A DNA stretch of 64,000 nucleotides from the human T2T-CHM13v2.0 reference genome, Homo sapiens (GCF_009914755.1 NC_060929.1), one strand, 5' to 3'. Counted from the first letter of the stretch, positions 30,301 through 44,693 are shown. Notes: a model not told the origin generated them from the letters alone. Numbers and translations are program-made.

Positions 30301-32074
30301 TATGAGTTGAGTTTATGGAAAGCTATAATCTTTCTGCAATACAGAGTGTAATATAAACTAACTCATGCATGTTTCTTTTTATCTTGGGTATATACAGGAG
30401 GCCCAAATTATATGTCAGAAATGACCTAATGTGATTTCTTTTTTCTGAGAGGAACAAGGGAATATTAAAATTGCAGGTATTTGCCAAGAGTTTGCTTAAT
30501 TTATAAATGATCTGCTTGACTCTGGGTGCACTGGGATATCTTAGTTTTGTCCTAATAGGTTTTTCAGATCATCTTCTGGAATGAGAGGGTTCTACACCAG
30601 AGACAGAAAGAGTATTGGGGCAGGGAGAGAAAGGACAAAGGACAGCAAGTAGGAGGTTCCTCAAACGATGTTCTCTTCAAGAATTGGAAATCTTTCATTG
30701 ATATCTTTGGGAGAACCAAGCCCAAAAATAAGGAAATAAAACATTAAAGGAATAATAACATCCCCAAGACCTTCTAAAGTTAGGGAAGAGATCATGGGAA
30801 ATGGTGAAGGGCTAGCCACATGTACACTTCCCTATAGTCCAGGCCCAAATGTCCTAAAAATATGTTGAGGTGTCTTAAGGATTGGTAACTTCAATATGAG
30901 TTATATTTGCTTTTAGTGTTTATTTCCAGGTAGTCCTTAACAGTAAAAGCCCAAAACAAAAGGTCCCTACACATTTATTTTGGGGTCATAGAGAAAGAGA
31001 GAACCATATTTTTATCATATTATGGAGGTGCATGGGGAGGAACTCTAGAAGATCTAAATGTTTTGGGGATGCTGGAGAAGAAAAAAAAAGTCTAAGTAAT
31101 CATTGTAATCTTCCAGAAGAAATAATAAAGGGGAGGAAAGTAAAAGCTTCAAAATGAAATTATATTACTTTATTAATAATACTTATTAATATTTGTTTTA
31201 TTCTACCTCTCTAGAATTTCAGGTTTTGTAATGATTAAGGATATATGGATAAGAAGCCATTTATAACTTCACACTAGAATAGTATTTTGCTTTTGTACTG
31301 TACGTATTTGTATATGTCACCTTATTTAATATTTATATTAGTGCACTACATTTTATGAGTCAGAAAAATGAGGCTTACAACTACTACTTGATAGACCCAT
31401 TAATTGGAGAAGCAAAGACTAGAACCTGAGTTTCTAACTGTCCACTTTTCCTTGAATGGTATAAATGTGTTTGTTTTTACTTTTTCTTCTTCATATCAGC
31501 ATGAGTAGAGAAGAACAGAAATGATTCCAAAAGCAATGTTAAATCTAAAATCTTTTTTAAAGTGTGTATTACAGGATAGATGTTTAAACATGCCTTATTG
31601 AGATGGGCTTGTATTTGTCCAATCTAACAACTAAATCCTTTAAAAAAGTGTAGACATTTGTTTTGGCTTTCTTGAAATGGAGGAGACAATATATATGTAG
31701 TGCTTCATCCTGAAAATGTTATGAAAACTCATAATTCTTCTCTCTCTCCAGTGCCCCATATACAGGACAGATGTCAAGATATCTCTCTCACTCTTCCTCT
31801 GTTCCTTTCTCCTTCATTTTTTGCTGTCTTCTTTATTCCCTCCTTCTAGACAATTGCTGCTCATATTCTACCCCTCCAAAAGCCCTACTTCACCTCTGTG
31901 TGACCCCCTCTGCTTCTCCTGTCTTCAGGAATTACACTCGAATATTCTACTGTGACCTCCCTTAGCTTTGGAAGCAGATTTCCAGAATTCTAGTGGATAA
32001 AATTCCCCATCGTCATCATATATTTACCACTAAAATTTCTTTCCAATTTTTCTTTAGAATCCTCAAGTCATTTA

Positions 32075-32460
32075 TTTTAAGAGTGTAGTACATCCTTCTT
32101 TCCAGAAGTGGCTATTTGATTCATAACTGTCAAATCAGGCCTTTCCTCTGGGATATAGATGATTGGTCCAGGATGGTTGATTGATACAAGAGTAGCGAAT
32201 CCAAGCTGGTAGAATCAGCTTCTCTTTCTCAGAAACTTGAAACTTATAATCTAGAGACACAGACTGAGATTTGCCAGGGCTCAACATGAGCAGAGATGCA
32301 ATAAGAGTAGTCACAAACTCCTGCTTCTGAGCTCCCCAGAGCTTCCTTCCCTTGCAGGACTTTGGTTCAGCTCATGCTTGGATACAGTAAAATCCTTAGT
32401 GTTATTCCAGTAAATCCTCTAGCCAGAGTCAGTTCTTGCTACCATACAAAACTATTTTCC
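32075..32460 (+). mobile_element. LTR16-class ERVL LTR
   Basis: tgattggtccaggatgg...ccaagctggtagaatcag...cagtaaatcctctagccagagtcagttcttg. Confidence 0.5.
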
Positions 32461-33546
32461 AAAATTATCTAGATCAGTAGATGATTGATTAATCTAAAAA
32501 TCATTAATTTCAAGTGGGAAGCCGTACAAGTGCTGAACACTTCAAACCTTTTATTTTTATTTGAAATAAGAAAATGTATACATAGTTTCAAATTAACTTT
32601 ATATATTCTAATTAAATTTTCCATAGTTATTCTTGTGTAAACCACAGTCAAAATACAATAATTGTGATTTCCAGTTTAAATTTCTTCAAAGTGAAATGGG
32701 AATTTTAAGCTAATTATAAAGCAATGTGGGTAAAGAAACCTTCCAAATTTTAAGGATTATTTCCAGATTTATCATTGTTTTACCTACACCCCGATTCCTG
32801 AGCATTTTTCAATGATGTGCCATTACCAAATTTTCCCAAATACTCATTTAGTTTTAATACCTATGACAACTCTTTTTCACAATGATAATTCATAAGGAAA
32901 TAGATATTAAATTAAATTACATAATTATTCATTCTTAAGCATTCAGCTCACTGGTAGGAGAAACAGTGCATCAGCATATTAGAGAATAACAACCTAATTC
33001 TTGCATTTAGCATGTTGGTGGCATTAGTGCATTTTATAAGGGAAATAGAGGGTACCTATCAATCTAGAGATTTGGTTATGTGGAGGCAGATTAAATGAGT
33101 ATCCACTGGACTTAACCAAAAGAGGCCTAGTTAATATAAGTAGGACATTCAATACCAGGTCAAAAGAAGAATTTTAAGTAGATTAAAATATTGCTTATTT
33201 AGCCTTTTTCACAATTTCAAATATGCTAATAGTTTGATATTAAAGAGATAGCACTGCTCATTGAAATAAATCGAAAGCTCACATTTGGATTTAACATTTA
33301 GAATTATCCAAGCTGAACCCATCTTTCCTGACAGAACAATTACATTTGTTAACCACCAAGCAATGACATACTTCAACCACTTCACTGACTCAGATAGGAA
33401 AAAGAACTTTGTGAAATATAGTAAATTCTCTGGAAAAACACATAGTCCTGAATTTCATAATCAATGATGGCACTTTCTAACACTCATTAATTATCATGGC
33501 TGAAAATAGCTTTAATTAGTAAATGATCATTAGAAATTACAAAATG

Positions 33547-33815
33547 ATCCTAGCACTTTGGGAGGGCAAGGTGGGCAGATCACGAGGTCAGGAGTTCAAG
33601 ACCAGCCTGACCAAAATGGTGAAACCCCATCTCTACTAAAAATACAAAAGTTAGCTGGTCATGGTGGCATGTGCCTGTAATCCCAGCTACTCGGGAGGCT
33701 GAGGCAGGAGAATTGATTGAATCCAGGGAGGCGGAGGTTGCAGTGAGCCAAGATCATGCCATTGCACTCCAGCCTAGGCGACAAAGCAAAACTCTGTCTT
33801 GGAAAAAAAAAAAAA
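33547..33815 (+). mobile_element. AluSg/Sc-like, 5'-truncated, with perfect TSD
   Basis: Begins at atcctagcactttggg; gatcacgagg diagnostic; aaattacaaaatga at both 33534-33547 and 33813-33826. Confidence 0.95.
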
Positions 33816-35299
33816 TTACAAAATGAGATTTTTAATTAAAAAAATATATAATTGAAACCAATATTAGTAGAGACTGTGGTTATCAGTGGTATTATGTTTC
33901 TGAGTTAAATTTAGTATGACCCTTACTTTGATATCAAAATGGCACTAGAAAGTGAAGTTTTTGTTGACTGTGCTATAAGATATGACGAAGAGCATGGAAA
34001 TGCCACTTGAAACTTCATCGAGTGATCTTCCATATCATTAGGGTGTGAGTTTCTAAAGCTCAATGACCATCAATACATATTGATTAATCTCCAGAAAGAG
34101 AAGAATCAATCCGTGACTATGGTTTGTTTGTGAGGTTTACAAGGTGTTGTTCTTCAAAAATCTAAAGGAAATATATATTATCTGCATTCATCAGAGGAGT
34201 AGCATATATTCAGAATACCAATAGGCAATTCAGAGCTAATTAGATCCTTTCAAAAGATGCACTGATGCACAAGGTTCAAACTCCTAACTCCTGGAAAATG
34301 GAATCACCCCCAAATTCTTGACTAGATCCAGCCTTGCAGTGAATAGCACTTCCAGAGTCACATTCCAGTTCAGGATATCTTGTGTTCATTTTGTCAGTAA
34401 CAACTGTGTATAACCTCAAATGACAAGAAGGGGTCAGCAGTACTGAGTTCCTACTCTGCAAGCCAACTGGTATCAAAGCCAAGCCCATCGCCACCAAGGA
34501 CTGCTGAACTAAGAGTGTGAGGAGGACTGACAGAGACAGATGTTAAAGAAACAGTAGGAAGGGGAGCGAGCTAAAGCTGTTGATCACAAGCGATAGGGAT
34601 GCTGTGAGACACCACCAGAGGCAACAAGGAAAAGCTGTCATTTTCTGGATAGCAACAGGAGTGCGTGCTGTCATGTAGCAATCAGAAATGGGGTGGCTCA
34701 CACTATAGAAATAATGTCACACTGCCCAAGAGTGAACACACAGTAGGATTGCTAACAGCAAAAAGATTCCCCACCAGCAGCTCCTAGGCTAGGAAAGGAC
34801 TAAGTCATTCATGCTGTGCCTGTGGAACTCTCTGCAGGGCTCCATTGATCTTGTGGTCTGCACTCATACACATGGCTTGAAATTCCTTCAGCTCTGTTGT
34901 CTGTAAATACAAGCCAAGATCGCTCCCTCTCCCTGTGGTTAGGAAGGACAGTGACAATGACTGCACAGGCTTTGCAGGTAGGTGAAAGTTGGGGCAATAA
35001 TTAAGTACAGTTTGTTTGGTTTTTTTAAACATTCCCTGCCTTCACTTCATGAGATGTTTTGGGGACTGAAGCATGAAACCTTAGTTTTAGAATGTTTTTG
35101 GATGAAGGATTGGGGTGGGTATAATCTCAATATAATTAAGTCTATATAAATGCAACATATATAATTAGTGGATATCTCAAATGACACACTCACGAATTCC
35201 CACCCTAATAGGTAAGATGCTTATCTTTGGATCCCAGTACTTCGTGAGTATTTTTCTCACAAAATGTCTATTACTCTGCTTTGAAATATAGTAATTTTT

Positions 35300-35625
35300 C
35301 ATCCACTAATTGAGTCATTCCGTGAACATTTTTTGAACTTTTATCATGTGCCAGTCACTGTACTAGGTGTTACCTGTTGGTGACAAGACAGAAAAGATTC
35401 CTGCCTTCATGGAGTCACAGTTCAGAATGATAGACATTTCAAAAATTAACTAAATTGCTGTGAAAATTATAATTCTGATAAGTGTTATGAAGAAATGCCA
35501 GTTTCCTAGACTGTAGTCCTTGTCTAGACTGACTCATCCCATCTATGTATATCCAGTGACAATCAGGACTATGTCTGGCACAGAGCAGATGCCTAATAAA
35601 CAATAATTTCTTAAATTGAGCTAAT
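35300..35625. mobile_element. Two L2 3'-end fragments in opposite orientation
   Basis: catgtgccagtcactgtactagg...cctgccttcatggag (minus) and gtctggcacagagcagatgcctaataaa (plus). Confidence 0.6.
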
Positions 35626-37234
35626 GAGTGTAAGAACAATTTCTTGTAAGATTGTTAAAACAATTTTAAGAATAATTTGATTTGTGAAACTTCTGTAATA
35701 CTGCCTTTTCCCTCCCATCAACATATTCGCTTTTCATTTTTTTGGTAGTATTGAAAGTTTAGAAAAATGACTATTTCTTGTTGAAACAGACTATTTTTAG
35801 TGCGCTAGATTTTCAGATTTGAGCTATACTTTTGGAAATCTAGGGCAAACATTTGGTATAGTTCACTGTAACAATGATCCTAATTCTGAGGTCCCACTCT
35901 TTGATATGGAGGTTGCAATCCTATACTGCTTCTCTCATTTTAGGCAATATGCTTCTGAAACCTGCATTTATTGTTTAAAACTATCAAATGTACTTTTAAA
36001 CAGGGTACCAGAAGCCAGAGAGAAAACTGAAGCCACCTATTGAAAAGCCCTGACACCCCATAGGATTCCACTGGCCTACAAGGGTAAATGACACATCTGA
36101 AGGGCTCAGTAACCCTTAGGAAAGTAGTTTGAATACCCATTGTAATCTGAGCATGTATCAGCATGTTTTCTTGAGGTTTGCCTCAATTGGTACTTCCAGT
36201 GCTGATAATGAGTTTCCTAAGTCAAAGGGTTAACGTCTAGCACAGCAGGGGACCCCCAAACAAACTCTGCTACAGCATTAAAGACTGCATTTGTTAGTTC
36301 CTATGCAGCTATGGCTACAAAAAATTTGGAATATCACCCTTGGATAAATCTAAAATTACCCATAATGGCAATTCCAGAAATTTGGAAAAGAACATACATG
36401 TGGATTGTAGGTTTCCTTAATGAATGACACAAGTTTGATACATGCATTATTATCTAAAGATTGTCTTCCAACTATGTATTATATTTTGTATTTTGTTGTT
36501 GCTTACAACCATTAGAGATAGATGATCTGTGGAAAAACTAAGGGCTGGAAGCTGGTGGTGAATAGTTTACTACTAAACATTTAAATCTACTTGTCTTTGC
36601 TCCTGTTACTCTTCATAAAGGGGTGTGATTTAATCTACTGAGGATTACTGTATTCTAGGACACAATAATATATCACTCTTCAACCCTCAAGGAGCTTATA
36701 TTTCAGTGAGAGGAAACCCATATTACCCAACTGATGTTGATGCAAGGCAGAAGCTAAATATAACAGCAGAAGCAAAAACGCACAGCCATGAGGGCACTGA
36801 GGATGAAAAAAGGGATAAAATTGAAGGCAAAGAAACAAGTCCAGTATCAGAGCAGAGTGGTGCCTGATACCTAAACTCTGTAGGTTTGTGATACTAGAAT
36901 GAAGCTATGGGGGCTAAAAGCACTGAATAGGCAAAATCAAAAGGATGATGTGTTTTGTTGCATACAGGTGGGGCAGCGACGAGATGTAGCCAAGGTTAGC
37001 AAGGAGTTCTGCAGCCTGCTTAACTGCAGCAGACACAAAGTTCATCCACTACGTGTATCTAACCTTTGTAAAGATGTACATGCAGGGATTATTTATTTAG
37101 TTTAGGTTTGGGACATTATCCTTGTGAGAATCCAGATGCTTTGGTACATTTTATCTTCAGAATTTAACAGAAAAGTCTATCCTTGCCTAGGGTGGCATTT
37201 GTTGCTATAAATCATGACATGCTGGGTTTTAGCT

Positions 37235-37740
37235 GTGGCTCTAAGCTGAAATACGTCTCCTTTTAACTTCTACCCAGTGGTCCCAGTTCTGCCCTCAGGA
37301 ACTAACACAGATTAAGTTGAATCCCTCTTGTGTGGCAGCCCTTGAACTGTCATTATAAGGGCTCCCTTGAGTTCTTCAGCACCCCCTCAATTCCTTTAGC
37401 TATTCATGTTGATGTGGAGTCTGCTCCCTTGCACTGTCCTGGTCATTTTCCTCTGCCCAGGCTCTAACTCCTCAGATCTCTCACAACATAGAAAACCCAC
37501 CCACAACACAAGGTTCCTGAGTGCTATGACTGATAGAAAGCAGACAGGAACTACTGCTTCCCTCACTCCGTGCACTCCGTGTTTATGAAGACACCTTCAA
37601 ATTGCTAGCCACATTTTTAAGCAGACTTTCAAACTATTGGTGCTTCCTGAGTTTATAATGTACCCACATTTGGAGACATTTATCAAATGGACTTTGCAAA
37701 TCCATGTGTCTCCATGCAGACTTCTTTAACTTCAGAATCA
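37235..37740 (-). mobile_element. L3/CR1 LINE fragment
   Basis: agctgaaatacgtctccttttaacttctacccagtggtcccagttctgccctcagga...aatccctcttgtgtggcagccctt is the characteristic antisense L3 3' region. Confidence 0.75.
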
Positions 37741-38899
37741 ACTTAACATAGTTATTGGAGCAGCTGCAAAGGTATCTATTACATTCATGGAGAAAGGAGC
37801 AATTATTATGGCATTATACAAAGAGCCAACATTGATTGAGCTCTAGTTACGTGCTAGACAATGTGTTGTTAATCTTTTTAAGACATTGTACCCTGTAAAA
37901 AATTAAACTATTAATTTTATTATAAAAGTAATATGAACAAATAGCAATGCATCAAATAGCCTAAAAGGACATAATATGAAAATATGTTTTACCTTCCTAT
38001 CCCACAGAAACTGCAGATTTCTGTGTTTCCTATATCTTACCAAAATTTCTGTGCATATATATTGTATATCTTGTTTATATATTATATGTATAGTACTCTG
38101 GTCTTAAATGTTTTAATTTAACTAATTCTTGGTAATCATTTTGTACATCACACATAGAGCCATCTTAACCTGATGAGTATCTGTCTGCATGTCATTGTGT
38201 GGACGTACCACAACTTGCATCTCATATAATTTAAGAAAAGTTCCACAGATTGGATCTTACTGTCTTCATTAAACATGTAGAAAACTGAGGTTTTAAAAAA
38301 TTATTACCTTGCCTGCTGCCACTCATTTGAAAATAACTCAGTAAGGTTTAAAATGCATATCATTCTACATATATGTGCTATTAATCACCTCTCTAGAAAA
38401 ATAATTTTCACTGGTGAATTTCATAGCACTTCACAAGCAGATTTTTCTAAGTACATAACAGGTCTTCCTCTATATTTTAAAATTGGAAAAATGAGATTTA
38501 GAAAATGGTTTGAGCATTTGACAATTGCCAGAAATATTAAAATTGCTCAGATTGACCTGCTCTAGTTCAGCTTTTAGAGTCTGTGGACACAGTGATTTGC
38601 CAGATTCTGACTGCCAATGAACTAATGTAGTCCACATTCCTGAGCGTTGTAAATTTCTGTACAAAGTTTCATTGCACAGGTGCCTTTTGTTTTTGTTTAT
38701 TTTTAACAGAAATTGTTACAGTATCCAGAAATATCTCATCTTGTATTGAAAAATCTGTGTTTTATTTAGAAAGGTTTAATATTTTTATTTACCCTATTTC
38801 AGAAAGCCATAGTTGGTCCTATCTCCTGGACTCATATGCCATCATTGTTTCTTGAATCAAGCTGCTAATTGAATGCAGAAAATATTAAAATATGATTAT

Positions 38900-39620
38900 G
38901 AGTCTGCTAAAAGAATAAACATGTCAAGTGTCAACAAAATACTGTAAGTCTGCTGTGCTTCAAACTAACTGAGTCAAAATAGATTCCTAAAATTTGTTCT
39001 TTCCAGTGCCTGTTTGAAAAAGTGAAAGAGATACACCTGTTGTATTAACACATTCACTGATCACCAAGGCTGTTCATCTTTACAATAAATAAGTTAAGAA
39101 TTTGGGTTCTCTGGCAATTCTCAGTTCAATCTGACTGACTCTGGTACCTCTCTAATCAAATATATCCACATGATATTTTAAGCTGCATTATAGTACATTA
39201 ATAGCTTGTAAAGTGAAATTGATGCAGCATGATGGACTGTATTCCTGAAGCAGTGACAAATTTATCAGTGATAGATTCACTAATGGAAATGTTGAATTGC
39301 AATAAATATAAATGCAGAATAGCAATTGCAGAGCATTAAAAATGTCATCTGTGAGTTTAGGTATTTATGAGGCTGAGACAGCTGGAAACATGAGTGGCGC
39401 GTTCCTATGAGCCACTGCAACTCTGGGGTTCCAAGGAAAGCAGAGGCCCTTTCATCAAATAGGCCAGGCCGCCGGCAAATTGTTGTCACAGCTGTGCCAT
39501 TGTCAATTAGGCCTCCAATGACTCAGTCCTTTGTTTTTCCTGCTTGCACAACTCACTGCACCTTTTCTCTGGGCTTGGGTGCTTCACTCCTGCAACCTTT
39601 CCACCACCTTTCCCCTCAGT
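38900..39620. promoter_or_regulatory. Candidate developmental enhancer / conserved non-coding element
   Basis: No recognisable repeat; cluster of HOX/CDX, E-box, SOX, TALE and AP-1 motifs with retained CpGs. Function is inferred only. Confidence 0.45.
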
Positions 39621-40989
39621 GACTCTCCTCACATGTTCTGATTCATCTTCCAGCCATTGATCTAAAACTCAGAGAAGTGACATCAGGGAAGCATCTCAGC
39701 TACTTCAAAAGGCACTGCTATTCCTTCTGGGCTATTTTGGCATGTCAAACCCAACAGGCCCAGCAGAAATGCTCCATGCTGTTACACATTTGCCTCTGAT
39801 GTGTCTGGTGCACCTGCCCAGCCTTCCTGAACTCTAAAGACTGTGTTTAATGTCAGCAAAATCTGGCTGGACATCAGGAGCCAGGGTGCAGTGGAGGACA
39901 GTGCACCTCACTTGGGTTTTGTTTGTTTGTTTGTTTGTGTTTTGTCATACTCTTGCAAGAACAGCAGCATAAGGATCAACTCACAGGCATGTGTGTTAAT
40001 AGGCAGAAAGAGATTGGACCTAGAAAGTTTTTCCTAAGCTAGTGATTGGTTATGCAATATTTTGAAACATACTGGCATGGAAGATTGAGTTAGCAACATT
40101 TTTTAGTATGTGCCAATCTCAGGTTTGATAATGAGGTGTGTTATAGCTACCCATATATCCTCTTTTCATTTCTTGAGCTTTCATCTGCTTCCAGTGTTTT
40201 CAGCAATTGGTGCGCATTTGTTGTCAGCATATTGAAGTAAATTACTCAATACTTTTTGGAATCAGATGTCACAACTTGCTCTTAATGGCAATAGAAGGTT
40301 ATCAAAGTGAGGTTATTTTAGAAGGTTATTAGATTTGCCAAGAATAAATAAATGTTTGGCAATTATAATTCAGTTTAGTATGAAAATAAGTTAGCTTGCT
40401 TGTCACTGATTCTGCTTATCATCACAAATCCATGATAACTAAACTCTGAATTAAGCTCTAGTGACATTCCTCTGTCATTGTCGTTCAGTAGAAGTAAACA
40501 ACATGAGTAATAAAATTAAAAGAAAAGCAATATGCAACACAACAATATACAAACAATGGCATGACAGTCTTAGTACAAAGGTGATATTCCTAGTCTAAAA
40601 GCCTAGCCATACCAAAAAAAAAAAGTAAGGGATTTTTATAAACCTGACTCTTCAATGTTGTTCTGGTTGATTGTTTAATAAACTATAAAATATTTAGAAA
40701 CTATCTCAGCCTTAAAATCAAATTTTTAACATGTTGCTAAAACTCACCAAGATATAAGAATCATTTTGGTGTTTTTAAATAGCTAAGACCAAAAATCATG
40801 GCTGCTGCGTACAAATGAGTAAATGGAAAGAAAATGCCAAAAAAAAAAAATTATGAGAGTTAAAGGCAGATAACTTTATTGGAATTCTTCTGATTCTTAT
40901 TAGACCAAAAATTCAGTTAAACTACTTTTCATTAAACACCAGTTATAATCCCAAGCAACTTTTTAACCTCTCATGATGATGCTAAAAAA

Positions 40990-42850
40990 TTTATCCACTG
41001 AGTAAATATATCCATTGGGTGTCTGTTACATGTCAACCAAGAAATACAAAAGGAATAAGCAAGACCAAGCCTTCATGGGATCTTATATTATGCACAAGAA
41101 AAGAAAAGTTAAGACATAAATTTTTTTAAAGATAAACAATAGAAACGGTTAGATATCAATAACTATAATACAATGCAAAGAATTAAAATTGGATGATGTC
41201 AGGTGAGTAATCAGCTACCTGTTTTAGGATGGGCAGAAAAAGCCTCTCTGAGGAGGTTGATATTTAAGCTGAAAATTACAAATGATGACAAGAAGTCAGC
41301 CATGAAAAAATAGAGAAAGTATTTCAAGTAGCAGAACAGTTGAGGCAAAACAAGTTTGCCAAGTCCAAGCAATAAAAAAAAGACCATTTTGATAGAATCA
41401 TAGGTGGAGATATAAAGAGTAATTGAGGGGTGGTTAAAGAAGCAAGCAGGGGTTAGAATAAAGCTTTTTAATTCAGAGAAGGCTTTAGGTCTGATGATGG
41501 AAAGCCACTGGAGGATTTAAGCATGGTAATGGCACGATCTCTATTATTCTAAAATATCATTCTGGATGCTCTGTGTAGAAAAGATTGGAGGTTAAAGAAG
41601 GAAATCATTTAGGAGACTATAGCCAAAGTGGCTTGGACTATGATCATGGTAGAGATAGAAAGAAGTGGGAAATTTTGGGATTGTTTTAGAAATGTTTTAA
41701 AAGGAGAATTGCTAGCACTTGCTGATGAAACTGACATAAAGGATGAGGAGAATAATAAGAATAATTTTTAGATTTTTTTGTTTGTGTTTTGTTTATTTGA
41801 GCCACTGGATGGATACTAATACTTTTTACCTAAGTGGGAAAGACTCATGTAAGAGCAGGTTTGGGGGAAAATGAAGTGTTCTGGATTTAGCCATGTTAAA
41901 TTGGAGACGCTGTTCAGTAAAGGGTTAATTCAGACTTGTGGTGTTCAAACCCTTCACCTTCCAAAAAAGGACTGGCTCTTGACCAGCTTCTGAGATAGGT
42001 CTATAAGCTCTTGAAATATTCTGCATGATAAGAGTGTCTTTGTATACCTGGGGTCTTGCTAACAATGTGATTTATGGTAAACACCTGTTTTTGTTTTCTG
42101 GGTCCCTGAGACTATATCCGTTTGACCTAAGGTTAATCATATAGGTGCTGCATGCCTATATGAGCGACTCACAGTCAAAACCATGCACATCAGGACTCAG
42201 GTGAGCTTCCCTGGTTGGCAGTACTTTTCATGTATTATCACACATTATTGTTGGGAGAATTAAGTGCTGGCCATACAATGTTACCCGGAGAAGACAACTG
42301 GAAGCTGCATCTGATTTCCTCTGTACTTTGCCCTCTGTACCATTTTTTTTTCTGATTGCAATCTGTATCCATTCACTGTAACAAACTGTCACCATGAGTA
42401 CAAAAGCTTTTCTGAGTTCTATGAGTCCTTCTAGAAAATCATTGAATCTGAGAGTAGCTTTGGAGACCCACAACACAGATGTTTATTAGATATCGAAGAG
42501 GAGATATTTTATAGGCTGTTGGCTAAGTGAATTGAGAATTCTAGGAGGAATCAAAACAGGAGATAATGATTTTGAGAGTCATGGGCATATAGATGATAGT
42601 CTAAAATGTGGGAAGTTCCCCTAGGAAGTGTCTCTAGGAATATCACCTACAATGTCTGCTATTTTTAAAAAGTTGAATTGGATTAAGTCCCTGTTTTTAG
42701 GAGCTCCTGTTATTGACAGGAGCCCGGAAGACACATTGGAGATGGATGCAGAAGCTACCACCTATAAATGGAGAAGAAATTCAGAAGGGGCAGCAACTAG
42801 ATGCAGTAGAGAAAGAGGTCCCAGAGTAGGGCTCATTGGTCCAGGACCTT
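40990..42850 (-). mobile_element. L2a fragment interrupted by MER77
   Basis: gcctctctgaggaggttgatatttaagctga, ggaaagccactggaggatttaagc, ccatgttaaattggagacgc, resuming at gatgtttattagatatc after the LTR. Confidence 0.8.
41911..42477 (+). mobile_element. MER77 (MER21 group) solo LTR
   Basis: TG...CA ends; agtaaagggttaa, tgataagagtgtctttgtatacctgggg, caggtgagcttccctggttggca, ttctgagttctatgagtccttctag; TSD gacgc/gatgt. Confidence 0.85.
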
Positions 42851-42990
42851 GAAGAATGAGTAGTATCTTCCTGGTCACTTGGAAAGGGCTCACATGCAAA
42901 GAGGAAACAAAACACTCATACTTTATTTAATTTTATGAAGCTATAATACATTTAGTGATTTAGCACTTTGGGAAGGAACTTAAAATACTC

Positions 42991-43468
42991 TGATAGGCAG
43001 AATAATGGATTCTTAAAAATGTTCACATCCTAATCCCAAGAATCTGTGAATATTACCTTTCACGGCAAAGGGGCCTTTGCAGATGTGTTTATGGATGACA
43101 TCCTGGGTTATCCAGGCAACCCAATGTAATCACATGAGTTCTTCAAAGTGGAGTTCTTTGCCTGGCTGTCATCAGAGAAAGATGTGACGAGGGAGGCAGG
43201 GTGAGGGAGAGGCAAATTTACTGGTCTTGAACATGAAGAAAGGAAGGAGTACATGGGCGAAAGAATGCAGAAAACCTCTAGAAGCCAGAAGAAAAACAAG
43301 GAGAAAAATTCTTCCCTAGAGCTTCTGGAAGGAAAATAGCCTTGCCAAAGTTTTGATCAATGGGCAAGTAAGACCCATGTGAGATTTCTGGCCTATAGAA
43401 TTATAAAATAATACATTTGCATTGTTTTAAACTGTAATTTGTTACAATAGCAATAGAAAACCAACACA
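42991..43468 (+). mobile_element. MLT1D-like MaLR solo LTR
   Basis: tgataggcagaataatgg...catcctaatccc...cccaatgtaatcaca...ttgttacaatagcaatagaaaaccaacaca. Confidence 0.85.
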
Positions 43469-44185
43469 AGTTTTTTAGAAGTTGTCGTTCTCTTCTTATT
43501 TATACACCCTTTACTTTTAAAAAATGTAAGGGAACAACTTATAAGAGAAATCTCGCTTTGTTTGAATCTTCAAAAATTCACTTCAAGAAGCCTAACAAGT
43601 ATAACCCCGCTCTATAATTCTTGAACACTTGCTATAACATAGAAACTGTTTATTGCAAAAAAAAAGAATCAAACTGAATCAAATATTTTATAAAAATAAC
43701 CCTTGCTTTTTGGTGCTTTATTAACCAAAATTGTTAAAATATCCAGAATTTTTTTTATTGATGAGAACTTTATGCAAAATTCTTGTAATTGCTGATCTTC
43801 AAATATACAAATCACAGACCACTATAGAAGTCAGAAGACCAAAGTCTATCACTCTACTCCCAAATCAATCAAACCAGCCTGCCTTTTATCTCTTTTGCAT
43901 ATTGAATGTCTATAAAAGAATGTGCTTAAATAAGAGGTCTGCTGCTGCTTAAGAAAGTTGAAATACTGGTAACCTAGGTTGTCTAAGTTCTGAACAACTC
44001 ATTAGACTTCTGGTGGTCTATTCTGAATAAACACAGAGATCATTAGTGATGACATACTACTTATACAATCATAACAATTATCAAATTAGGACTCCTCTTC
44101 ATGGTATTAAAATGTAAGCTCCACACAAGACGAAAAGATGTCTTGGTTAACCTCAATTCCTACTGCATTGTTAAATGATGGAAGT

Positions 44186-44472
44186 CACTACTTCCTAAGT
44201 GTGTTTCATGGAACGCTGGTACTATGAGATGCTTCAAACCACAAAAGTTTCTGTAGCTGATACAGAAAATTCTGCATCTTAAATACTTCCCGTACAAATT
44301 TACAATGATTTTTTAAGCCCCAAATGAAAGATGGCTATTTGTCTTTGTTGAAACCAATATTTCCCAAAGTTATATGATCACCAAATTCTTAGAATGTGGG
44401 TGTTGGGGGAGTATTGTAGGACAACATTCCATAAAGCTGGTGTTCCCACAGTACGGATATTCAGAAATGCTA
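44186..44472. mobile_element. hAT-Charlie MITE (MER112-like)
   Basis: Degenerate termini cactacttcctaagtgtgtttcatggaac and ttcagaaatgcta; internal tttcccaaagttatatgatcac. Confidence 0.5.
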
Positions 44473-44629
44473 TCTTAAGCTAGATGCAAAGGAAGAAAAT
44501 ATTTTCAAATATTCATTCTTTGAGTCAAGACAGTTTTATTCTAATCATGCTACATATTTTTTAAAAAGTTAGTACCTTATTAAAGATAAAGATGTCACTG
44601 CCATAGTATATCTCCTTCTCTCCATAAAT

Positions 44630-44647
44630 TGTGTGTGTGTGTATATA

Positions 44648-44693
<46 letters not shown>
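44630..44693. repeat. Compound (TG)n microsatellite
   Basis: Short TG run, TATATA, then about 20 uninterrupted TG units. Confidence 0.95.
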
